A DNA stretch of 63,428 nt, filler included, from Saprolegnia diclina VS20 (Eukaryota): the NCBI RefSeq assembly GCF_000281045.1. It is 3 parts of 2 records of this genome, joined end to end, with 100 filler letters (N's around TTAATTAATTAA, not from the genome) between each part and the next. Parts side by side here need not be neighbours in the genome. Positions count along the whole stretch, not along the records: positions 44,268 to 63,428 come from NW_008246194.1; 2 more parts are not named here. The stretch is one strand, 5' to 3'. Shown in pieces: positions 45,622-56,878 of the stretch. Each line of letters begins with the position of its first letter. Position 1 is the stretch's first letter. The notes beneath the pieces are model-generated. The model saw nothing but the letters and a program-made list of their open reading frames with translations. It was not told the origin of the DNA and searched no databases. Both the position numbers and the translations under genes were made by a program.

Positions 45622-48303
45622 TTACGCCGACCACGCCTCGCGCATGATCTCGGCCGCCTCCTTGGCGTTGCGCTTGGAGAGACCGACGGCCGACGTCGGG
45701 AGGGCGTCGCGGCCGATGAACTTGAGGTCCTTGACGCCGACCTTCTCAAAGTGCGGGCGCACGTAGAGCCACGCGCCTTGGTTCACAGGCTCCTCCTGGA
45801 TCCACGTCACGTCCGTCACGTTCTCGTAGCTAGCGAGCTGCTCCTGGACCTGCGCGAACGGGAAGGGCGCGAGCTCCTCGACGCGGATGATGGCCGTGTC
45901 ATGGCGGCCGTGCGCGGCGCGCTGCTTGACGAGGTCGTAGTAGAGCTTGCCCGAGACGAAGAGCACGCGCTTGACGTCCGCCTTGGGGAGATCGTCGCCA
46001 ATCACGGGCTGGAACGAGGTGCCCGGCGCCATCTCATCGAGGCTCGACGTGGCTTCGGCGAGACGCAGGAGCGTCTTGGGCGCCATGACAACCACCGGCT
46101 TGCGGAAGTCGCGGAGCTGCTGGCGGCGGAGCAGGTGGAAGTAGTTGGCGGGCGTCGTGAGGTTGACCACCGACATGTTGATGTCGGTCTCGTACGCGCT
46201 CAGCGAGTCGCGCAACGTCGACTCGAGCGCCTGCGTGTCGACGAGCTGGAGGAAGCGCTCGGGCTTGCCGCTCGAGTGGTCCGGGCCGGCGCCGTCGTAG
46301 CCGTGCGGCAGCAGCATCACGAGACCCGACTGGCGCATCCACTTGGACTCGCCGGACGCAATGAACTGGTCGATGACGATCTGGGCGCCGTTGAAGAAGT
46401 CACCAAACTGCGCTTCCCAGATGCAGAGGTTCTTCGGGTCCTCCCACGAGTAGCCGTACTCGTACCCGAGAACCGCGAGCTCCGAGAGGTTGCTGTTGAC
46501 GACGCTGAAGCGCGACTTGGTCGGGTTGAGCGCCTCCGGGAGGTGCTGGAACGGGAAGTACATGTCTTCGCTGCCCTGGTCCGTGAACGCGGCGTGGCGG
46601 TGGCTGAACGTCGCGCGACGGCAGTCCTGGCCGGCGAGGCGCACCGAGTGGCCGTCCTTGAGGAGCGAGCCAAAGGCCATCGCCTCGGCCGTCGACCAGT
46701 CGACCTTGACGTTCTCTTGCGCGAGGAGCTTCTTGCGCGCCTGGATGTGCGTGCGCTCGAGGCGGTCGTGCACCTTGATCGAGGCCGGCACGTCCACGGA
46801 CGCGAGCGCCAATTGCTTGAGCGTGTCGACGGCAACGCCCGTGTCGACCGACGCGCGCTGCTCGGCCGGCGTCGGCTGGTGCATCGTCGCCCACTTGCCC
46901 TTGAACGCGTCCACGTCTGTCGGCTTGTAGCTGGCAGTCTTGGCGAGCTCGGCCTCGAGGTGCGCCGTCAGCTTCGTTTTGAGCTTCTCGATCGCCTCGG
47001 GCGTGAGGACCTTCTGCTCCACGAGCTGCTGGCCGTAGACAGTCGGGAAGCTGCCCTTGGCCGTGATGGCGCCGTACATGCCCGGCTGCGTGAAGCGCGG
47101 CTCGTCGACTTCGTTGTGGCCGTGGCGGCGGAACGTCCAGAGGTCGATGACGATGTCCTTCTTGAACTTGTTGCGGAACTGCGTCGCGATGTGCGCGGCC
47201 TGGAGCACGTCCGAGACGGACTCGCCGTTGACGTGGATCACTGGGATCTCAAAGCCCTTGGCCACGTCCGTGCAGTACGTCGACGAGCGCCCGTCGCGCT
47301 TGGTGGTCGTGAACCCGACCTGGTTGTTGACGACGATGTGCACCGAGCCATCTGTCTTGAACGACGGCAGCTGACTCAGCGAGAGGCCTTCCGGCACACA
47401 GCCCTGACCAGAGAAGGCCGCGTCACCGTGGAGGAGGAGCGCCATGGCCTTGGCCCCGGCGTCGTTCTTGGCGCGGGCCTTGCCCGTCGCGACGGGGTTG
47501 ATGATCTCGAGGTGCGATGGGTTGTGGAGGAGGCTCACGTGCACCTTGTTGCCAATGCCGTAGTCCATGCTCTGGGCAATGTGCGACGTCACGTCGTCGA
47601 CGCCGTGGATGTGGTCGGGAAACTCCGAGTGGCCTTGGATCTTGTACAAGAGCTTGTGCACGGGGTACTCGAGGAGGCCGACAAGGAGCGCGAGGCGGCC
47701 GCGGTGGGGCATGCCGATGATGACGTCCGAGACCTCTTCGGCCGACGCCGTCGAGAGGATCGTCTGGATCGCGGCCAGCATGCTCTCGGCGCCCTCGCCC
47801 GAGTAGCGCTTGAACGACGAAAACTTCTTGGCCAAAAAGTTCTCAAACACCTCGGCCGTCATCATGGCCGTGAACGCGTTGCGCTGCATGGCCGGCGTGA
47901 CCTTGAGCGACGGGGACTCCATCGCCTTGGCGAGCCACTCGCGCTCCTCGGTCGACCGCAGGTGCTCCATCTCAATGCCAATGGGACCGCAGTACGTCGA
48001 GCGTAGCTGCGCGTAGAGCGCCTCCGGCGTCGTGTTGGCGGCGTCGCTGAAGAACACTTCGCTGCTAGCGTCGACGGCGCCGAGGTTGAGGACCGGCGCG
48101 AACGCCGCCGACGCGAGCTCGGGCAAGGGCTTGGGCTTCTCGAGGTGGAGCGGGTCGAGCGAGGCTTCGAGGTGGCCGTGCTTGCGGAATGCACCGACCA
48201 TCGAGCGGAGGGCGAGACCCTCGACGGAGGTCGCGGAGGCGAACGAGCGGCGCGAAACGGCGGCCGCGCGCTGGTGGACTCGGGAGGCAGCGGCGCGAAG
48301 CAT
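45622..48303 (-). CDS. DHTKD1: 2-oxoadipate/2-oxoglutarate dehydrogenase E1 (DHTKD1-like), mitochondrial, intronless
   Basis: Transit peptide MLRAAASRVH... Motifs KRYSGEGAESM, GMPHRGRL, LHGDAAFSGQG, NNQVGFTT, RRHGHNE, WEAQFGDFFNGAQ, LLPHGYDGAGPDHSS. The OGDH N-terminal domain is absent. Confidence 0.88.
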   Translation of the reverse strand: MLRAAASRVHQRAAAVSRRSFASATSVEGLALRSMVGAFRKHGHLEASLDPLHLEKPKPLPELASAAFAPVLNLGAVDASSEVFFSDAANTTPEALYAQLRSTYCGPIGIEMEHLRSTEEREWLAKAMESPSLKVTPAMQRNAFTAMMTAEVFENFLAKKFSSFKRYSGEGAESMLAAIQTILSTASAEEVSDVIIGMPHRGRLALLVGLLEYPVHKLLYKIQGHSEFPDHIHGVDDVTSHIAQSMDYGIGNKVHVSLLHNPSHLEIINPVATGKARAKNDAGAKAMALLLHGDAAFSGQGCVPEGLSLSQLPSFKTDGSVHIVVNNQVGFTTTKRDGRSSTYCTDVAKGFEIPVIHVNGESVSDVLQAAHIATQFRNKFKKDIVIDLWTFRRHGHNEVDEPRFTQPGMYGAITAKGSFPTVYGQQLVEQKVLTPEAIEKLKTKLTAHLEAELAKTASYKPTDVDAFKGKWATMHQPTPAEQRASVDTGVAVDTLKQLALASVDVPASIKVHDRLERTHIQARKKLLAQENVKVDWSTAEAMAFGSLLKDGHSVRLAGQDCRRATFSHRHAAFTDQGSEDMYFPFQHLPEALNPTKSRFSVVNSNLSELAVLGYEYGYSWEDPKNLCIWEAQFGDFFNGAQIVIDQFIASGESKWMRQSGLVMLLPHGYDGAGPDHSSGKPERFLQLVDTQALESTLRDSLSAYETDINMSVVNLTTPANYFHLLRRQQLRDFRKPVVVMAPKTLLRLAEATSSLDEMAPGTSFQPVIGDDLPKADVKRVLFVSGKLYYDLVKQRAAHGRHDTAIIRVEELAPFPFAQVQEQLASYENVTDVTWIQEEPVNQGAWLYVRPHFEKVGVKDLKFIGRDALPTSAVGLSKRNAKEAAEIMREAWSA

Positions 48304-49224
48304 GGCAAATCGGCTTGTGAGGACCGCCCTCTTCGTCCCCAAGATCCCCCCACGTGCACGTGCGTGTCAGAACATTTTGGCCAATCAGCAGCGCAGACGC
48401 GCTTGAACTTTCTTTTCAGCGAGAGGGATTGGTTCTTTTCAGCCAATCCGACGCCTTCATTGTTTCAGCGAATCAAATCCTAGCATCGAAGTTCGCACTT
48501 GAACTTGGCTGACTGGCACCCACGCCATCCAGGACAGACGTCTGGTCGCCGCTTCGCCGCGCATCCCGTCTCGATGGTCGGCGGCAAGCTGGCGCCCCGT
48601 ACGTTATGCGTGCTTCATGCGGCCACAAGTGTACGAATCTCCGAATGCGGCGGCCAAAAGCACGAAAATGGACCCCAATTGGAGTCTGTCACAAGGTGAT
48701 TTGGCGCCACACGACTTCGATTTTATAAATCACATACAAACACAAGGCTATTTTAATTCTCAAAATCGAAGTAGTAACGGATGCGTGCCCCTGACGACCC
48801 ATGGAAGCTAGCCAGCTGGTTGCACCCGGCACGCTAAAGTGAGCGCCTCACCGCCAAGATTCAACAAAGCCCACGAGCGAAGCCGACCGAAGAGCCCTCC
48901 TCGACGGACGCAGCCCAATGGCAAGACTCGCAATTGCCTGGCGCCTCCTCTTCAATAGCACACGTACAGTAACAATAAGAGCTTATGCTGCGGCCCGGAC
49001 TGGTGTCGAGCAGCTGGTGTCCGGCAAAGTGCCGTTCCTTCATCCATTCTGCGTCCATCGACATCCAGACGGCGGGTGCCGCTACCCACCACATCACACG
49101 ACAGTCATCGCTCTCATGGACCCTCTCTGAGCGACCCCCTCTTAGTTAGCTCTCTGAGCTTAGTTGATGTCTCTTCTCAGACGCGGAAGGATACTCGGAT
49201 CATTGACAAAATGTGACTGTCGGC

Positions 49225-52200
49225 TCAAAATTGGACACCGCTGACTTGGAGGAGGCGCTTGTAAAAGGCGATGGTCGCCGTCTCGTGCGCTGCGAATGAG
49301 ATCGTTGGCGTCTTGGACGTGTCCTCGGAAAACTGCACCGGGTGAGGACAGAGATGCACGGAGGGGCGTACCTCCTCAAAGAACTCGGTCACAACGGGCT
49401 CGGCCATGAGGCCCATGAGTTCTACAATCGACGTTGCGACATCGGTTGCAGCCAACTAGCGCAGCACCGTCGTCGTTCATGACTCGTTTCATGAGTTTTT
49501 GCGTAAACTTGATGCGCTTGAGCTCCACAACCTACGGATGCCTCGGACGAGCGCTGCAGGTCCCAAGCGTACCGGCGCAGCATCGTTCGTCTCGGCCGCT
49601 ACTACAGTCGTTGGCTCTGTCACGCCTGCAGTCGTTGGCTCGATCCCTGGCGGGCTCTCGGTAGTTGGCGTCGCTGCAGTGCTGCTCATGGGTGCTTCCA
49701 ACGGCGTTGACTCGACGCGCAAGGGCTGGGCAGCCGACGCAATGACGTCATCGACCAGTCTAACCTCGCATCGATTGCAGTTCTCCGTGAAGACGTGGCA
49801 CCTGCAGATGCTGCGGAGAAGCTCGCAGACGGCCGCGTCGTCTTCGTGAAACGCAAGCATCGACGGGTCTTGCGCAATCTACACTGCGTGTGAGTACCCT
49901 GCGAAAACATAGTCACTGGACTTCAAGAACGATGGCCTGTTCGGCTGGCGTCATGGACACGGTCGGGCACAGCAAGTGCGCGCTCGCAAGTCGTTCCACC
50001 TACAGTAGCGTAGCAGGTAAAATCGAGAGCAAGCGAGGACACACCGCCTCTTGTAGCGGGAGGTCTTGGAAGCGTTGCGACGGAAGGCTACTCGTTTGTG
50101 GCTCGAGCGGCGCTGCTCCCACATGGGCCTCGACAACGGGTGTAGCGACCGCAACGTCGGGCGTAGCACCCTCGGCGATCGGAGTAGAGACTTGCAGCAG
50201 CTCTGGCGCCTCCGGAACATCCGAAATGTCTCCGTCAATAGCTCTACAGGGCAAATGCAGTTGGACGAACATGCTCCGTGCGCTCGTACACGATAAACCC
50301 ACGGAGAAGGTCCGCGACCCCTGGCTCGTCGATGTGAAAAGGCAGCAGCTGCGGGTCGGCAGCCAACTAGACATTAACGCTTCGTTGAGACACTTCACAG
50401 TACGAGAAGTGTACCTCTCGAATGACGCGGCTCTGGTCCTCAGACATGGTTGGCGTCGGCACCATGAGCCGGTTCTGCGCCAGCAACGTGACCTGCGGCG
50501 GACAATGAGACATCGACCAAGTCGCTTGCGCATCTACCGCCTCTTGAAGGGGTAAGCGCTGGTAGATGACGCGCGTCGGGTCGGGCGCGGGCATGAGATA
50601 CTTGCGCAGCTCCGTGTAGAAGAGGCGCAGCACGGGCTCGGACGTCTGAAGGTAGATCACCGACGGGTCCAAGCTCACTACATCACGATATCGTCATCCT
50701 CGGTCGCCCGATGCTTCGAACCTTCGCGCAGAGCCTGGAGAATGCTCGGCTCGGACAAGAAGAGCGCCATCTTGGGCTCCAGAAGCATCTACAGACAAAC
50801 GAACCTCAGCGGGCGGGGCTAATGTCACGCAACCTTTTGCACCGTCGCCGCATCGAACTGGACGCTCAGGATGAACGCTTCGAGCGACGTGTCGTGCACC
50901 TCGTGCTCGGTCGAGAGACCTCCGTGCGCGTACTTGCGCTCGAGCTTGGCCAGGAGGTCGGCCTCGCGTCCACGAAAGGCGCGGACAATGGTCGGCACTA
51001 GTCACAGTGTTTGCATTGAACTATAACTTGTGAAAGCCAACCTTGCGGCAGCTTGGCGGGGTTGTACTTGGCGTAGAACGCGGTGATCGCCTCGAGGTAT
51101 TGCCTATTGAACCTGTTGGACTCCGCGATACGAGAGACGGGGCGCACCGCAGCGACTGGCGCATCGCTCGCACGCGCACCTTGGCCCGCCACATGCGCAC
51201 AGTCTAGACGCATTCATCGCTTCCGGCGCAGTTGGCGACGCGCACCGATTGGATACGGAGGCAGGCGTCGGCACGAAGCCGGTCGCGCTCTCGGTGCAAC
51301 GCGAGGTGCAGCGCATCCGAGTAGAAGATCATGGTCGCGCCGATCGCAAAGCTGCTGTCTCGGGCCCTAGGCGCACTTGATACATTGATACAAAACGAAA
51401 GAGGAGCGTACTCGTGAGGCAGCGCTTCGTGGGCAAACGCCTCGACTTGATGCTGGAGCGACTCGATCGCATCTAGCATGGCGTTTCGTATCGATGTATC
51501 AACGTACGATCCAATCAGTGACCTGGAAACAGCACGCGGTAGCGCTGGTGAAAGACACCGAGAAGCGTGTGGTGCCGATAGAGCAAGCTCGCCCACGTCG
51601 CGACTTGCGCGAGCATGTGGCCCTGGACCTGCGCCTCGAGCAGCTGCTCGTCCAGTGCAAAGTAGTCCTATCCACGCAAGCTTAGTCCCGCTTCCGTCAT
51701 CACAAACTCAGACCGCCGACGACGGCAAGCGCGCGCGGAAGCAATGCACAAAGCGAGGTTTGGTCTGGCGCAGCTGCGCCAGCGTCGCCGCCACGTGGGC
51801 TCGGTACGTGCTCGACAGGCTGGGCAACTGTCGCTTCGACGCACTCATATTGTGCGTCCGCAGCGCCTACGATCTTGGGTCGAATGCGGGCTTGCTGCAT
51901 TCGACGTACCTTGACAAATGCGTTGGACGACGTTGGCACGAGCGCTTGCAGCTCGCCCGAGAGCGCGTCGCTGTTTTTGGCCACAAAGTTGGTCGCCCTG
52001 CAACGACCGATCGAAAACTTGGAGCAAATCTGGAGAAAAGTACGTGTAGGTGACGGCGCTGCGGTGGTGGAGCACAGTAAACTGCAGCGGATCGTGCTCG
52101 ATGCGCAGTCCTTCGTGCTGGGCGTTGCGCAGGTAGAGCGCGCGTACAAAGCGGCTACGACCACTCGTCAGAGTCGAAGGAACAGAGATTTCCAGACCTG

Positions 52201-55200
52201 TTTTTGGCTTGCTTGGCGTCTTGCTCGTTGCCGTGGAGCAGCGTGGCTTCCTCGAGGCAGGCCCAGACACCGACTGCGCTTTCCATGATCTGCATGCCCG
52301 GGCCTTCGTGCACGAGGAGGCTGCCGTGGTGTGTCGGCCAGAGCGCATCCAGGCCTTCGGCAAAGTACAGCGCGCACTGCGCCTCGCTCGCAAACTGCAC
52401 GTGCAGCACAGCCAGCTTCTCGGTGAGGTAGTTGATGCACAGTTGCTAGTCCTCACTGAGTATCGCCGTTCGACCACAAAACGCTCGAGTACCTCGAACG
52501 AGTTGAGTTGCATGTCTTCAAACCCAAAGACATCGAGAAGCGTCACGTCGCATAGCTCCTTTGGCTACGCCACAACATGAGAAGACCCCTCGTTGGTCGC
52601 TCGTACGGCGTCGGTGCCAGGCGCCGTCGATCGGTTGAGAAGCGCAACGAGGGCGTGGAAGAGGCCGTCGTAGAGCAGCCTGCGCAAACGCTCAAGTACG
52701 TGCTTCAGAAAGAAGGCTCCTACCGAGCCAAGCTGTCGCGGGCCTTGATCGCGTGGGGTCGGTGCACGTGGAGCTCGTACGTCTCGGACGCTTTGGCCAC
52801 GTTGAGCCTAACATACTATCACGACTAGTACGAGTCATCCACACACCGTTTGGTGCAGAGCGCGTGCTCGATCGCATGCGGCTCCAGCTACATCGCTCGA
52901 TTCAGCCCCGGAGTGGCGAGAAGCAAGGAAGGACCGAGAGAAGGTACGCGATCGTGTGGAGCGCGTTCTTGTCGGCGACGCGCACGCCTTCGGCCACGCC
53001 CTGGGCGTTCGGCACGTCGTCTGCAGCCCAGCATGAGTGTTGCATTTAAAAACTGCAGGACATACCAAAGGCGAGGTTGCCGAGGTGCAGAATCGCTGCC
53101 AACACGCGAAAGATCGCGAGACGATCGAGCTCCGAGACGCCGACGAGGTCCAAGCACCGGAGCACTTGGTGCCAGCGCTGGCGGTCTTGGTCGAACGACG
53201 TGACGCTTCTACAACCTTCGTTTCAATCCTCGAGCATCATACTTCTCGACGTACGAGTCGTTCGTGCTCGAGCGGTCGTTCCCGAGGTACCTACACGAGC
53301 CACTCCGAGAGCACTCCAAGCGATCGATCGTACGCAAAGGCGAGTGGCGATGCAGCGTCGAGGCGAAGCTCGGCGAGAAGCGACGCGCTGCCGCCGAGCA
53401 GGAGTGCGTAGAAGATATGAAAGTTGAAGGCTACGCGACCGCGATCAACTCAAGGCCATGAGACATCGCGTACTGTCGGCGCTCGAGTTGGTCACGCGCG
53501 ACGTTTCGAGGAAGAAGGGCGTGATCGCGCCACCTAAGGACATGTTAACTTCCTAGAAGAGGGTAGGAGAGTAGGAGGACCGTAGAGGTGGCCCGTCGTT
53601 GTGTGTACATGAAAGGCCGTCGACTTGCCAAAGCGCGACGAGTTGGGGTTGTGCATCTAGTGCCGAGTGACGCGTCTACCGTCACACAAACGGTGTACCG
53701 TGGTTGCATTCCCAAACGCCTCGAGCAGCACGTTGCCATCGAGGAGGACGGACAAGAGGCGCGCGGCCTACGTTGCTATGAGCTAGTGCAATAAGAACAT
53801 AGATACGCGCGGGTTCTTGACGTAAAATACAAACTGCTCTTCGTCCTCGAGGCGCTGGAGCTCGTCGTACGACTACGCGTCACTCTCGTTAGGCGCTTGA
53901 AACATTGATATTTTGCGTATACGCCAAAAAACATGCGGTCCATGTGCACTTGCGGCAGTCTACACAATGACGCGTCGCGCATCACTCGAGTCAAGAAAGG
54001 CCGTACTGTTTGACGCCGTGGCTCACGGCGAGCATCTCGGGCCAGCGCTCGGGCGTAATGTCCAAGTAAATCGTCTCGTACTGAACCCTACCCCTGGTTT
54101 CGACATCGGACTATCGCCGGGATGCATCTTACTGCTTGGACGCGAGGAGGTCCATGAGGTGCGCCTCGTCACTGCGCATTTTGATTGTGCTTTTGGTCGA
54201 ACTCGTGAAAAGTTGCACCTAGCCCTATGGTCTCTCGTCCACACTAATATATGAAAGTGTACCGTCGGCGGTTTGGGCGCTTGCTGGATCGTCGCGATGT
54301 ACTTGAGTACGTGCTTGGCAAAGTCAGTTTTGCCGCTGCCTGACTCGCCCATGAGCACGATGCTCTCGGGTTCCTTGACGTCCAGCACGCTCGCCAGCGT
54401 CCTACGCAAGTCTTTGTATCAACTTGATACTTCAGGGAACGCACCGCTTGGCGAGCGCAAACGGGTGTGGACTGCAGACCGCTACGTCGTGGTCGCGGTA
54501 CCTAGGCAATATAGTCGCCTTGTCAAAGATACCGAACGTACCACAGCACGGTGGCTTCGTCGTAGATCGAGTTGCCGGCCGTGTGGTGCAAGAGACGCGG
54601 CGCAGGGTTCACCATCAAGAGCGAGTCGCCCAGACTTGTGTAGACGCGGTCGGCCTAGCCCTTTACTAAAACAACATTTCCACGCATACAAGCACGCACC
54701 TCGAAGCGCCGGGCGAGCGCGTGGACGAGATTCTCGGTTGTAATCGGCGCGTGGAGCACTTGGAGCAGGTCGTCGTCAAGCTCACGATGCGCGTTCCACG
54801 AGCGTTTGGCCGCCAGCGCTTCCTGCGCATGCCATGACGCCACGAACGATCGCGAGACGCACCTGCTGGTACAGCGCTGCGTACTTGGCCATTGTCTTGG
54901 ACCGCGGCGACAAGGCCACAAACGCCGGGTCCAACGTCTCAAAGTACTTGCGGGTGCCAGACGACAGCAGTGGCGGCGGCGTCTCGACCACCGCTGGCAC
55001 CTCGACCACCGCTGGCACCTCGACCACCGCTGACACCTCGTTAGGCGGTGTCGTTGACAACGGGAGTACGTCGACCTCGGCTGACGACAGCCGCAAGCGT
55101 GCGGCGTGGGCATCCTCGTACCTACAGCACATCCGCGTGAGGTCGCCGCGGCCTCGTATTCCGACGCACTTGTAGCGGAGCTCGAGGGCCTCCTGGAGCA

Positions 55201-55971
55201 CTTGGTTTTCCAGTAAGCTTAAACTGAGCCCGGCCGCTTGCTCGTGCGTAAAGACGATGCTGTGGCACAGCTCGAGGTACTACGCAAGTGTTTAGAGAGC
55301 AGAGCACAAAGCAATGTACCTGGTCCGACGTCCACTGCATCGGGTCGTCCCCCCACTCGGTCTTGGCCGTGTGTACGAGCTGCTGCAGCTTCCCGATCTC
55401 GAGTAGCATACCAAAGACGTCGGACGCGCCCGTGTCCAGCGTCCGTGTCGACGCGTGCAACGTCGTGCTGCGCAGCATCATGGTGAGCCGCACGGGCGGG
55501 ACGGACGCGGCCATGACCTTGCGCAGCGCTTCAATCTACCTTAGCCATGAACCATGTACAGTACGACGAGAGCAGTGCGTACCCAGGACGTGCGCTCGGC
55601 GTCCGTGGTGGCCAGCATCGTGAGCACGAACGGCTTGGCGTCGTGGTCGCTCGAAGCCTTCTTGAGCTGGAACGCAAAGAGCTACACAAGACAACATGAG
55701 CAAGAGAGATGGTAGTCGCAGCTTTTGCCTTGTCCTTGGTGGTCGTTGGCGTCACGACGTCTTGGATCGCGACGCGGACAGCGCCTTTCTGCTTCTTGCG
55801 CTTGTCGTCGGCAAAGTAGACAAGCGTTCCGTCCTTGAGGAGCACAAAGTAGCGCGTCTTGACCGTCGAGAAGAAGTGGTGGCCGCGCTTCTTGAGCCAG
55901 CCCTCGAGCGCGACGTTCTCGTCCGCAATCGGGGCCGACACGGACGATCGCCGCCCCAAGAACCCGCTCAT
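49225..55971 (-). CDS. Unconventional myosin with N-terminal PH domain (oomycete class XXXIII-like), multi-exon
   Basis: PH motif LEGWLKKRG..TRYFVL. Motor motifs VYTSLGDSLLMVNP, PHPFALA, GESGSGKT, LLEAFGNA, NPNSSRFGK, NFHIFY, LLDVFGFE..NSFEQLCINY.TEKL. Spliced reading continues into a long tail. The 3' end is approximate. Confidence 0.8.
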
Positions 55972-56878
55972 GGCAATGACCGAATTCGTTTTTCACATTA
56001 AAATAGCACAAGGCCTCTATGCAATATTTTTGCAAACGCCAAACCCAGAAGATCGCAATTCCAGCCAATGGCATCGCCACATGCCACACGCCGCCACACC
56101 GAGACACAGGTCGGTCCTGTGTCCTGCGCGACCAATGCCAAGTCCGAGGTGGTCCTCGCACGCGTCTTGGCATGTGTATGGTACCATTGCCGAGGCTGTC
56201 GCTGAGCATGGCTTGCTTGCTGGCTATCGAGTGCTGGCTTAAAGGTCCCTTGAGGTCGCGGCCCAAGTCCAAGGATGGAATAGCCGTCCATATTCCTCTG
56301 CGCGCGTGTGCTACGCTATTGACGCTTCTGCTTGCAGCAACACCGGGCAGAACGAGGAGGGTAGAACGATGTTGCTGCCATAGAACCAAGCGGCGAGCCA
56401 GATGGTGGCGCTGCCAATGCGAACGCGGTCAGAGATGGCGGGAACGCATCTGCTGACGTGTTCGAACGCCCATCTTGGCCTCGTTCCAAGTCGCATGCAA
56501 CGTGGCATCGCTTGGGCGAGTGCATGTTGCTGCTGCTCCAGCTCGGGCTCTTTGCGCTTGCAGCAGCGACGCGGCTTGACTTCAACGAACCCGTTTCATG
56601 CCCGTACATTGCTGCAATGTACGGTGGACACCGTACAACCAGATCATGGCCGAGCCTCCTGTCGCCCTTGACAGATCGCGTACACTGGATCTCGAAGCCT
56701 CCTGCCGAGACGTACGCATGGACGATGCTGTTGTCGATCGAGGAGGACGCCATGCCCACGGACATGTCCCACCTTGACGAACGGCGTCATCATCTGGCCG
56801 GCAATAAACTGGTCGGATGAGGTCGGCTGCGAAAATGCATGCGATGGCCATTTCGAATCGCGTGCCAAAGACGACGCG

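Noticed and set aside
45751..48006. 751-aa plus-strand ORF opposite DHTKD1
   Set aside because: Antisense shadow ORF caused by strong GC3 codon bias; no motifs.
49225..50678. Separate gene downstream of the myosin
   Set aside because: A plausible GT-AG intron (~50678-50721, minus strand) joins it in frame (..LREVSLDPSVIY..) to the myosin tail.
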